Shown: positions 48,129-56,783 of the stretch, one piece after another
How the letters are laid out: each line of letters begins with the position of its first letter
Numbering within the stretch: position 1 is the stretch's first letter
Made by a program: the position numbers and the translations under genes
Notes under the pieces: model-generated
What the model was told of the DNA's origin: nothing
The model's database searches: none
Seen by the model: the letters and a program-made list of their open reading frames with translations, nothing else
Source of the DNA: Dehalococcoidia bacterium
GTDB taxonomy: Bacteria; Chloroflexota; Dehalococcoidia; GIF9; UBA5629
NCBI GenBank assembly: GCA_016783155.1
Contig: JADHXB010000001.1
Coordinates: forward strand, 1,228 to 65,227
Direction of reading: 5' to 3'
Length of the DNA stretch: 64,000 nucleotides

Positions 48129-49133
48129 ATGCGAGATTTAACCTACAGAGAAGCAGTACGTGAAGCTCTTGGGGAGGAACTGAGACGCGACAAGTCAGTT
48201 TTCCTTTTGGGTGAAGATATTGCGGAATATAGTGGGGCATACAAGGTAACCCAGGGGCTACTAGAGGAATTCGGTCGAGAGAGGATAAGGAACACAAACT
48301 TAGCTGAATCGGCGATAGCGGGTGCTGCACTGGGAGCCGCCCTGGTAGGCACACGACCAGTGGCTGAAATAATGTACATTGACTTCTCTCTCCTCGCCCT
48401 GGACCAAATCTTCAACCAGATAGCCAAGTTCCGCTACATGACCGGTGGTATGGTAAAGGTACCACTGGTGATTCGGACTCAGGGTGGTGGGGGTAAAGCT
48501 GCAGGACTTCACCATTCCCAATCCCTAGAAGCACTCTATACACATATTCCAGGACTTATAGTGGTTATGCCATCCACTCCTTATGATGCTAAAGGACTGC
48601 TGAAATCAAGCATAAGAGACGATAATCCAGTTATATTTATTGAACACAAGGGGCTTTATAATGAATCAGGTCCGGTTCCTGAGGAAGAGTACATGATACC
48701 ATTGGGGAAAGCAGAAGTTAAACGCCAGGGTAAAGATATCACCGCTGTCGCCTATTCCAAAAGCCTTCTTCTAACCTTGAAAGCTGCCGAAACCCTAGAA
48801 AAATATGGCATTTCTTTGGAGGTAATCGACCCACGGACTCTGAAACCATTAGACCAGGACACTATACTGAATTCAGTAGAGAAGACAAGCAGATTAATGA
48901 TAGTTCACGAAGCTTGTAAAACGGGAGGATTTGGTGCAGAAATAGCCGCTATCGTTGCTGAAAAGGGTATTGACTATTTGGATGCACCGATCAAACGAGT
49001 GGCAGCCTTAGACTCACCTATCCCCTTCAATCCTAGGTTGGAAGATTATGTCCTGCCCAACGAGAATGACATCATCAAGGGAGCATTTGAATTGACGGGT
49101 AAAGAAATACCAGCCGAGCTAAAACTTGGCTAA
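48129..49133 (+). CDS. 2-oxoacid dehydrogenase E1 beta subunit (transketolase-like)
   Basis: 334 aa. Transketolase pyrimidine-binding and C-terminal domains. Sits between E1 alpha and E2. Confidence 0.9.
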   Translation: MRDLTYREAVREALGEELRRDKSVFLLGEDIAEYSGAYKVTQGLLEEFGRERIRNTNLAESAIAGAALGAALVGTRPVAEIMYIDFSLLALDQIFNQIAKFRYMTGGMVKVPLVIRTQGGGGKAAGLHHSQSLEALYTHIPGLIVVMPSTPYDAKGLLKSSIRDDNPVIFIEHKGLYNESGPVPEEEYMIPLGKAEVKRQGKDITAVAYSKSLLLTLKAAETLEKYGISLEVIDPRTLKPLDQDTILNSVEKTSRLMIVHEACKTGGFGAEIAAIVAEKGIDYLDAPIKRVAALDSPIPFNPRLEDYVLPNENDIIKGAFELTGKEIPAELKLG

Positions 49134-49189
49134 ACTAATGCATTAATCTCAAAGGCAAGAACTGATAGAAAACTAGTGGAGATGGAGAG

Positions 49190-50434
49190 ATGGCTACTGC
49201 AATAATACTACCAAAACTCGATGAGGCAATGCGCACGGGGAAAATCGTGAAGTGGCTGAAAAAGGAGGGGGATCTGGTCAAAAAGGGTGAGGGTGTTGTC
49301 CAAATAGAAACTGAGAAGGTAACTTTCGAGATTGAAGCAGAGGGATCAGGCATCTTAGGCAAGATAATGGCCAAAGAGGGAGAAGAGCTGCCTGTAGGAA
49401 CAATCATCGCCTATATTATTCAGCCAGGAGAAAAAGTGCCTGAGGCGCCGGTGTTGGTAGCCACAGCTAGGGAAGCAGCAAGAACTCAAAAGCCTGTAAC
49501 TGTGCCAAAGGAAGAAGCGCGAGCTAAAGTGTTTGAGGCACCGACAGAAGGCCGAGCCATAAAGGCTTCTCCACTGGCAAAGAGAATAGCCAGGGAACAT
49601 AACATCGATATAACCTCTATCAGAGGAACAGGTCCAAGTGGTAGAATAGTCAGGGAAGATGTCCTGCGGGTTATGGAGGAAAGCAAGATAGCAGTGGCTC
49701 GACCTACCCGGGAAGAGGTGGAATTGGCTGATGAGCAAGTTGCATCGCTGTCATCCATGCGCAAGGTTATCGCCAGGCGTATGACGGAGAGCTTCCAATC
49801 ACCGCATTTCTATCTCACGGTAGAAGTTGAAACCCAGGAATTGATGAAGACCAATAAACAGTTGGTGCCGCTTATAGAGAACAAAATCGGAATACGTTCG
49901 ACCATCACTGATTTGCTTATTAAGATGGTAGCGAAAGCATTGGAGGATAACCCCTCCATGAATTGTGCCTACTTTGATGGGTCTGTCAAGTTCTTCAGAC
50001 GAATAGATATAGGATTGGTTACCTCTGTTGAAGGAGGGCTTGTTGTCCCTGTTATTCGCCAGGCTAATAGGAAATCATTAACCGAGATTGCCCGAGCCAG
50101 GGCTGAGCTAGTTCAGAAAGCCAGAGAAGGCAAACTCAGCATGGCAGAAATGAAGGGCAGTACTTTCACTCTTTCCAATCTGGGGATGTATGGGATAGAC
50201 CAGTTCAGTGCTATCCTCCAACCCCCCGAGGCAGCCATTTTGGCTGTTGGTCGCATTGCGGACAAGGCAGTGGTAAGAGAGGGGCAAATAGTAATCCGAC
50301 CCATGATGACAATGACCTTGTCTATTGACCACCGTGTTCTGGATGGCACTATCGGAGCACAATTTCTAAAGAGCCTGAAAGATTACATCGAAAACCCTGC
50401 ACTTATGTTTTATAGCGTCTTAGTTAGTCCCTAA
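49190..50434 (+). CDS. dihydrolipoamide acyltransferase E2 (lipoyl domain + E3-binding + catalytic domain)
   Basis: 414 aa. N-terminal lipoyl-lysine context (VQIETEKVTFEIEA) and C-terminal DHRxxDG catalytic motif (SIDHRVLDG). Confidence 0.88.
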   Translation: MATAIILPKLDEAMRTGKIVKWLKKEGDLVKKGEGVVQIETEKVTFEIEAEGSGILGKIMAKEGEELPVGTIIAYIIQPGEKVPEAPVLVATAREAARTQKPVTVPKEEARAKVFEAPTEGRAIKASPLAKRIAREHNIDITSIRGTGPSGRIVREDVLRVMEESKIAVARPTREEVELADEQVASLSSMRKVIARRMTESFQSPHFYLTVEVETQELMKTNKQLVPLIENKIGIRSTITDLLIKMVAKALEDNPSMNCAYFDGSVKFFRRIDIGLVTSVEGGLVVPVIRQANRKSLTEIARARAELVQKAREGKLSMAEMKGSTFTLSNLGMYGIDQFSAILQPPEAAILAVGRIADKAVVREGQIVIRPMMTMTLSIDHRVLDGTIGAQFLKSLKDYIENPALMFYSVLVSP

Positions 50435-50452
50435 ACTTAAGAGGTAAAAATA

Positions 50453-51832
50453 ATGGCCAATAGCATCACAATAGTTGGTGGTGGACCCGGTGGCTATGTA
50501 GCCGCCATCAGAGCAGCCCAACTGGGCACACAAGTTACCTTAATTGAGAAGGACGCTCTCGGGGGAACTTGTCTCAACCGCGGTTGCATCCCCACCAAAG
50601 CATTACTGCAATCAGCTGACCTTCTCGAGAAAATCAAGCATTCCGAAACCTTTGGTATCTCAGCGGAGAAGATATCTCTGGATTTCTCAGCGGTAATCAA
50701 GCGGAAGGAAGCTGTAGTAAAGCGGTTGGTAGATGGCGTTGCCTATCTGATGAGAAAGAACAAGATTAAGGTCATTAAAGGCACCGGTGCTCTGATTGAT
50801 TCCAAGACAGTGGGAATTTTAGGAGGAAACGATAGAATAAGTTCTGACAGCATCATTATTGCCACGGGCTCGAAGCCCTCTACAGTTCCCATTAAGGGCA
50901 TCGATGAGCCCGGTGTCATAAGCAGTGATGAAGCTTTGGCCATGGGCCAGCTTCCCAAAAGCATGGCCATCATCGGTGGAGGGGTGATTGGGTTGGAATT
51001 CGCCCAGATCATACACAAGATGGGAGGCAAGGTAACTATTATAGAGATGATGCCTCAAATACTGCCCGCCGAGGATGCAGAAATTGCCCGCATGCTCGAG
51101 GATATATTGAAGAAAGAAGGTATTGAAGTCTTCACTGATGCCATGGTCACCAACATCGGGAGCGACAAACAAGGTAAGAAAGTTTCTTTCACCACCAAAG
51201 ATGGTAGTAAACAAGAAATAGCAACAGATAAGGTACTGATCGCTGTAGGAAGACAACCCTGTACCGATGACCTTGGAGTAAATAAACTGGGTCTTGCCAT
51301 GGATAAAAGTAGGCTAGTTGTCAATGAATACCTGAGGACTAATGTTCCGAATGTCTATGCCATCGGTGACGTAACAGGAGGGCTCATGCTGGCTCATAAG
51401 GCCATGGAAGAGGGTAAATGTGCAGTGGAGAATGCACTAGGTGCTGAGAGCAAGATGGATTATCGCACTGTCCCCCGGTGTGTTTATACTTCCCCTGAAG
51501 TAGCAGGGGTTGGGCTAACTGAAACTTTAGCCAGAGAGGAGTATGGGAATATTAAGGTCGGGCGATTCCCCTTTACCGCTAGCGGTAGGGCAGTAATACA
51601 AAATGAGACAGCGGGTATAGTGAAAATTATTGCCGATGCCAAATATGGGGAAATTCTGGGCATACACATAATCGGCCCTCAAGCCACTGAGTTAATCGCT
51701 GAGGCTGTTCTCGGAATGAAATTGGAAGCCACTTTTGAAGACATTGCCTCTACCATTCATGCGCACCCCACCCTATCGGAAGCAGTGATGGAAGCTGCTC
51801 TAAATGTTGAAGGAAAAACCATCCATTCCTAA
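50453..51832 (+). CDS. lpdA: dihydrolipoamide dehydrogenase E3
   Basis: 459 aa. GGGPGGY FAD motif, redox-active disulfide GGTCLNRGCIPTK, and C-terminal HAHPTLSE interface motif. Confidence 0.9.
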   Translation: MANSITIVGGGPGGYVAAIRAAQLGTQVTLIEKDALGGTCLNRGCIPTKALLQSADLLEKIKHSETFGISAEKISLDFSAVIKRKEAVVKRLVDGVAYLMRKNKIKVIKGTGALIDSKTVGILGGNDRISSDSIIIATGSKPSTVPIKGIDEPGVISSDEALAMGQLPKSMAIIGGGVIGLEFAQIIHKMGGKVTIIEMMPQILPAEDAEIARMLEDILKKEGIEVFTDAMVTNIGSDKQGKKVSFTTKDGSKQEIATDKVLIAVGRQPCTDDLGVNKLGLAMDKSRLVVNEYLRTNVPNVYAIGDVTGGLMLAHKAMEEGKCAVENALGAESKMDYRTVPRCVYTSPEVAGVGLTETLAREEYGNIKVGRFPFTASGRAVIQNETAGIVKIIADAKYGEILGIHIIGPQATELIAEAVLGMKLEATFEDIASTIHAHPTLSEAVMEAALNVEGKTIHS

Positions 51833-52538
51833 TCCACAGAGAGGATTCACCTCTAAGACAAGCCTGTGTCAGGTATATGATCTCGGCACAGTTGATTATG
51901 AGAAAGCCCTGCAACTGCAAAATAAGCTGGTGTCAGCCCGCATTGCCGCTGAAATTCCAGATACAATCCTGTTTCTTCAGCACCCTTCAGTACTGACGAT
52001 TGGAGTGTCTGGAAATGAGGAAGGCGTCATTGCCTCGAGAGATCTGCTGGCTCAAGAAAGAATAGCTATCTTCCATATCGACCGCGGAGGAGGCATTACC
52101 TACCATGGCCCAGGGCAGTTAGTAGGATATCCGATTATCGATCTCAGGACAAAAGGAATAGGGCCAACGCAATATGTGCGTCACCTGGAGGAGGTAATCA
52201 TACGAGCCTTGGCTACCTTCTCTATTACTGCCAATCGCGACCCTGAATATCCTGGTGTCTGGGTAGGACAGGACGAGATTTGCGCCCTGGGAATTCGGGT
52301 GATTCACTGGGTCACCATGCACGGATTCGCTCTGAATGTGAACACCGACCTGAAGTACTTCACCTACATTACTCCTTGCGGTATTACCGATAGGCAGGCA
52401 ACCTCGATGTCGCGGTTGCTGGCACACGACATTGCTTTAGAGAATGTAGTTCCGTGTATAATTGAGCAGTGGGCACAGGTTTTTAATATGAAGATTAGGC
52501 AAGAATCTGCCGAGGAGCTATTACGCTATGTCCAGTAA
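51804..52538 (+). CDS. lipB: lipoyl(octanoyl) transferase
   Basis: 244 aa. HIDRGGGITYHGPGQLVGYPI matches the LipB active-site region. Overlaps the E3 3' end, so the true start may be later. Confidence 0.8.
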   Translation: MLKEKPSIPNPQRGFTSKTSLCQVYDLGTVDYEKALQLQNKLVSARIAAEIPDTILFLQHPSVLTIGVSGNEEGVIASRDLLAQERIAIFHIDRGGGITYHGPGQLVGYPIIDLRTKGIGPTQYVRHLEEVIIRALATFSITANRDPEYPGVWVGQDEICALGIRVIHWVTMHGFALNVNTDLKYFTYITPCGITDRQATSMSRLLAHDIALENVVPCIIEQWAQVFNMKIRQESAEELLRYVQ

Positions 52539-53388
52539 ACATCCAGGGTGGATGATAAAGAAGACTCCATCCACATCCATCATTGCTGAGATGAGCGTGC
52601 TAATCGATGGGCTATCGCTTCATACCGTCTGTCAGAGTGCTCTATGCCCCAACCTGGGGGAGTGTTTTTCGCATCAAACTGCTACCTTCCTGATCATGGG
52701 AAATATTTGCACTCGTAATTGCAGTTTTTGTGCTATCAACAAAGGAAAAGGTTTTGCCCTTGATCCAGATGAGCCCTGGAACGTCGCCCGGGCCGTCAGT
52801 AAACTGAAGTTGCACCATGTCGTCGTTACTTCAGTAACCAGGGACGACCTTCCCGATGGAGGAGCCACACACTTCACCAGAACGATAAACGCCATCAGGC
52901 AAACCAGTCCCCAGGCTACCATCGAGGTTCTCATTCCTGATTTTAAGGGCTCCCTCGAGGCGCTCAAAACTGTTGTGGATAGCTCCCCAGAAGTTGTCAA
53001 TCATAATGTGGAAACTGTGCCACGCCTATACTCCGAGGTACGCCCCAAAGCTGATTACCATCGCTCCTTGAATCTATTACGGACAGTGAAATCCCTGAAC
53101 AGAAACATATTAACCAAATCTGGGCTGATGGTGGGGTTGGGAGAGGAACATGACGAGATAGTAAATGTAATGGAAGAGCTCCGCACAGTACAGTGTGATT
53201 TCCTGACTATCGGACAATACCTGGCACCATCACCGAAGCACTACCCAGTGGCAAGGTATGTTACTCCCCAGGAGTTCGAAGAGTATAAGAGCTTAGGGGA
53301 GAGGATGGGCTTTAGCTATGTAGCGTCAGGCCCCTTCGTGCGTAGTTCTTTCAGGGCAGCGGAAATGGTGGCATCTAAGCCGCATTAA
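52528..53388 (+). CDS. lipA: lipoyl synthase (radical SAM)
   Basis: 286 aa. CPNLGEC auxiliary cluster motif and CTRNCSFCA radical-SAM CxxxCxxC motif. Confidence 0.9.
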   Translation: MSSKHPGWMIKKTPSTSIIAEMSVLIDGLSLHTVCQSALCPNLGECFSHQTATFLIMGNICTRNCSFCAINKGKGFALDPDEPWNVARAVSKLKLHHVVVTSVTRDDLPDGGATHFTRTINAIRQTSPQATIEVLIPDFKGSLEALKTVVDSSPEVVNHNVETVPRLYSEVRPKADYHRSLNLLRTVKSLNRNILTKSGLMVGLGEEHDEIVNVMEELRTVQCDFLTIGQYLAPSPKHYPVARYVTPQEFEEYKSLGERMGFSYVASGPFVRSSFRAAEMVASKPH

Positions 53389-53510
53389 GGCACACAAGAT
53401 GGATTGCGGATAAGCAAGTAACCTTTATGCAATTTAACTAAATCTACGAATCGAGATATTCGAAGTAGTGAACTCTGCAGCCAGCTAGGTATATAAGAGA
53501 AGGGAAAAAG

Positions 53511-55274
53511 ATGAAAGGGTTTTTTAATAAAGTACTACATGTGGATTTAACTGGTCGAACCTACTGGGTGGAAGAGCTAAAAGACGAGGCATTATCTTCC
53601 TGGCTAGGAGGGCGAGGGTTGGGCTGCTATCTTCTCTGGAAGACCCTGAAAACGGGCATCGATCCCCTATCTCCCGAGAATTCACTCATTTTTGCCACAG
53701 GTCCAGCTGCAGCAACAAAAATGCCAGGATCCAGCCGCTACGGCGTCTATAGTAAATCACCCCTGACCAATTTTTTCGCTGATTCCTATGCCGGAGGTCA
53801 TCTCGCTCCGCAGATGAAAAAAACTGGTTACGATGCTATTATCGTTCATGGGGCCTCCTCGTCGCCAGTGTTCCTGGAAATCTCATCCGATGGAGCTAGA
53901 TTTTGGGATGCTTCTGACCTATGGGGAAATAGCACCTACGAGACAGAGGAGCAATGTCTGAGCAAAGTTAACATCCCTGGAGCCCAGGCTTTGGTAATCG
54001 GCCCTGCTGGTGAGAATCTGGTAAGATTTGCTTGTATTGTGAACAATCGCTGGCGTAATGCCGGCCGAACAGGGATGGGAGCAATCATGGGCTCCAAGAA
54101 GCTCAAGGCCATGGTCTTTCACGGAGAAAAGGAATGTGAAATAGCCGATCCAGGATTGCTGGATAGTCTGGTACATGACCTTACAGAGCGAGGAAAAAAC
54201 GACCCTACAGTTCGAAGGTACCGGGAATTGGGGACACCAATGCTGGTGGCAACAACTAATCTGGCTGGCGCTTTTCCTGCTGAGTATTGGTCGAAGGGAA
54301 CACTTCCGGGATGGGAAAAGATTTCTGCAGAAACTATGCAAAGAGATTTCGAGGTAAAAGCAAGGGCTTGTACACGTTGCTTTCTTGCTTGCGGGAAACT
54401 AACCACAGTAACCCAGGGAAGACACAGGGGGCTGACTCTTGAAGGGCCAGAGTACGAGACCATTTATAGTTTCGGAGGCTTATGCAAGATCCTGGATCTG
54501 GCAGAAATCATATACCTGAATGACATCTGTGATAGGCTCGGAATAGATACCATAACTGCCGGTAATATAGTGGCTTTCTGCATGGAGTTATCCAAGAGAG
54601 GAAAACTTTCTGAAAAGGTTGATTATGGTAATCCCGACCATGCTGCGGAGTTGCTACACAAAATTTGCCAGAGGGAAGGATTGGGTGATACGCTGGCAGA
54701 AGGGATAAATAAAGCGAGTCAAGTTCTGGGTGCCGAAGACCTGGCTATCCATGTTAAAGGATTAGAGCCGGCTGGATATGACCCCCGCGTGCTTAAAGGT
54801 ATGGCACTCGGTTATGGTATATCACCACGCGGAGCCTGTCACCTGCCAGCAACATATTATATCTTTGAACTACGCGGGGTAGTAAATCCATCAGAAATAC
54901 AAGGAAAAGCAGAGTCGTACATTGGTTATGAAGACAGGCTTACAATTATGGATACCATGATTCTCTGTCGGTTCTTTAGGGACATGATCGGTTGGCCAGA
55001 GTTAATTAAGCTTATCAAAGCTACGACTGGTTTGGAATTCGATGAGTCAGGGCTAAGAGAGCTAGCTAATAATATAACTACCCTGAGGCATTTAATAAAC
55101 ATCCGGGAAGGATGGAACAAAGAAAATGATATGCTGCCAGCACGCTTATTAGATGAGCCCATCAATGGGCATCGGGTTACCAAAGACGAGCTTAACTACA
55201 TGGTGAATGAATACTATCAACTAAGGGGTTGGGATGAGGATGGTAAACCACTTAAAGAGCTTAGCATTGAGTAA
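53511..55274 (+). CDS. aldehyde:ferredoxin oxidoreductase family protein #4 (shorter, divergent paralog)
   Basis: 587 aa. MKGFFNKVLHVDLTGRTYWVEE N-terminus and AOR-like domain order, but clearly more divergent than AOR #1-3. Confidence 0.82.
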   Translation: MKGFFNKVLHVDLTGRTYWVEELKDEALSSWLGGRGLGCYLLWKTLKTGIDPLSPENSLIFATGPAAATKMPGSSRYGVYSKSPLTNFFADSYAGGHLAPQMKKTGYDAIIVHGASSSPVFLEISSDGARFWDASDLWGNSTYETEEQCLSKVNIPGAQALVIGPAGENLVRFACIVNNRWRNAGRTGMGAIMGSKKLKAMVFHGEKECEIADPGLLDSLVHDLTERGKNDPTVRRYRELGTPMLVATTNLAGAFPAEYWSKGTLPGWEKISAETMQRDFEVKARACTRCFLACGKLTTVTQGRHRGLTLEGPEYETIYSFGGLCKILDLAEIIYLNDICDRLGIDTITAGNIVAFCMELSKRGKLSEKVDYGNPDHAAELLHKICQREGLGDTLAEGINKASQVLGAEDLAIHVKGLEPAGYDPRVLKGMALGYGISPRGACHLPATYYIFELRGVVNPSEIQGKAESYIGYEDRLTIMDTMILCRFFRDMIGWPELIKLIKATTGLEFDESGLRELANNITTLRHLINIREGWNKENDMLPARLLDEPINGHRVTKDELNYMVNEYYQLRGWDEDGKPLKELSIE

Positions 55275-55293
55275 ATAGTAAAAAAAATTCTTT

Positions 55294-55908
55294 TCACTCC
55301 TCGTGTGTAGTTCCGGGATTATGCGGAATTTGAGATACCACGTAAGGGGCTTCGCCCTGGCAGCCAAGGCATATTTCCCCATCAGCAAGCGGATAAGCTT
55401 CTTTACAGCTGGGACAAATGGCAAATCCAGTTCTATGCAGCTTTTTCAGGAAACGGGGTGCAATCTTAACTTGCTGGATACTGCAAATATTTGCTCCGGC
55501 TTCCTTAATCTGTTTCATCAAGAGTTGAGAGTCCTGTTCCTTCTTGGGCTTCAGGTTGAAAAACCAGCTTTTAATCTCGGGCCATGATTCTACCTTAGCC
55601 GAATCCAGAAAAACTCGTATCCCTTTACCATTGTATTTATCGTAAAGAGTCATGGCATAACGGCCCATATTGATGACTCTAAGCCAGCCGTTCCCGACAG
55701 TGCAGGGCGTGAGAAGCTGTATGGCATCTGGTAGACAGTGGGCAGTTTCGCTGATAGCATCAAATAGTCCTTCTTCAGGAAGGTGCTGGTACGCTAGATC
55801 TATCATAAACCCGCCAATGATCACGCCCGGAGCGACAAAGCCATGGAAGCATTGGATCCGCTCAATATATTCTTCAAAGGTATAGGAACAAATATTCATG
55901 GACACCAC
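55294..55908 (-). CDS. FmdE-family protein with C-terminal zinc ribbon
   Basis: 204 aa. FHGFVAPGVIIGG...ETAHCLPDAIQLLTPCTVGNG matches the FmdE core. C-terminal CPSCK...CLGC ribbon. Lies between AOR#4 and the second Mo-enzyme operon. Confidence 0.75.
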   Translation of the reverse strand: MVSMNICSYTFEEYIERIQCFHGFVAPGVIIGGFMIDLAYQHLPEEGLFDAISETAHCLPDAIQLLTPCTVGNGWLRVINMGRYAMTLYDKYNGKGIRVFLDSAKVESWPEIKSWFFNLKPKKEQDSQLLMKQIKEAGANICSIQQVKIAPRFLKKLHRTGFAICPSCKEAYPLADGEICLGCQGEAPYVVSQIPHNPGTTHEE

Positions 55909-55929
55909 TCTGCAAATAGCTGGAAAATG

Positions 55930-56772
55930 TTAGAGGTAGATCGTCCCAGCATAAAGGCTTTTCTTTAGGTTAACCTCGATGGTTTTTGTGTCATAACCCG
56001 CATAAGCTATCTGGAACGTGTATTTGCCGCTATTTTCTTCAAGGTTGTCAAACTTAAAATCGCCGTAGTTATCGGTCACACACTGGCTAACTTTCTTATT
56101 GGCGGCATTGAAAATGGTTACTGTAGCGCCTTCGGCACATTCATCTTTGCCATCTACCCGGACCGCAACGCTGCCACCGATGAAACATCGGGTAAACCGA
56201 TGCAGATTCTTGTAATAGACACGAGGGCTGGTTTTATGTTCCGGCTGATAGACTTCAAGCTTCTCGGCCTTGATGATTTCCTGCATCTCAGCGTCCTCGA
56301 CACAATGAACGCTTAATGCCCCTGTAGGGCAGGACTCTACACAGCGGGTTTTCATCCAGCCGTCATCGAGCAAATGGGCACAAAAAGCGCATTTTTGAGG
56401 TACTCCGAGCTCCTCGTTCCACCAAATAGCACCATAGGGGCATGCATTGATAACGTTTTTCTGCCCCTTTGCCTTGACTGGGTCAATAATAATGATGCCA
56501 TCAGGTCTCTTGTATATTGCTCCATCCTTAGCTGCTTTGATACACGGTGCATTGGCACAGTGCATGCACGGTACAGGCAGGTAAGCGACATCGATGAAAG
56601 GATACTGTCCTCGTTCCTTTCCGTGGATGTTTATCCATTTTTGTCCACGATTGGGCTGTGGTGCTGAATATCCCGGCCAATCATTGTCCACGTGCTCGTC
56701 CTTGCAAGACAAAAAACAGTTATTACAGTTTCCACATTTTTCTATGTCAATGATCAAATACCATTTCTTCAT
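55930..56772 (-). CDS. molybdoenzyme Fe-S beta subunit, BthL-like, paralog 2
   Basis: Same Cys-cluster layout and C-terminal beta-domain as the 39884-40714 product. ORF track starts at 56817, but alignment to paralog 1 and an AGGA SD favour the MKKWYLIIDIEKC start at 56772, just after the alpha stop. Confidence 0.82.
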   Translation of the reverse strand: MKKWYLIIDIEKCGNCNNCFLSCKDEHVDNDWPGYSAPQPNRGQKWINIHGKERGQYPFIDVAYLPVPCMHCANAPCIKAAKDGAIYKRPDGIIIIDPVKAKGQKNVINACPYGAIWWNEELGVPQKCAFCAHLLDDGWMKTRCVESCPTGALSVHCVEDAEMQEIIKAEKLEVYQPEHKTSPRVYYKNLHRFTRCFIGGSVAVRVDGKDECAEGATVTIFNAANKKVSQCVTDNYGDFKFDNLEENSGKYTFQIAYAGYDTKTIEVNLKKSLYAGTIYL

Positions 56773-56783
56773 TATAGATTTTC

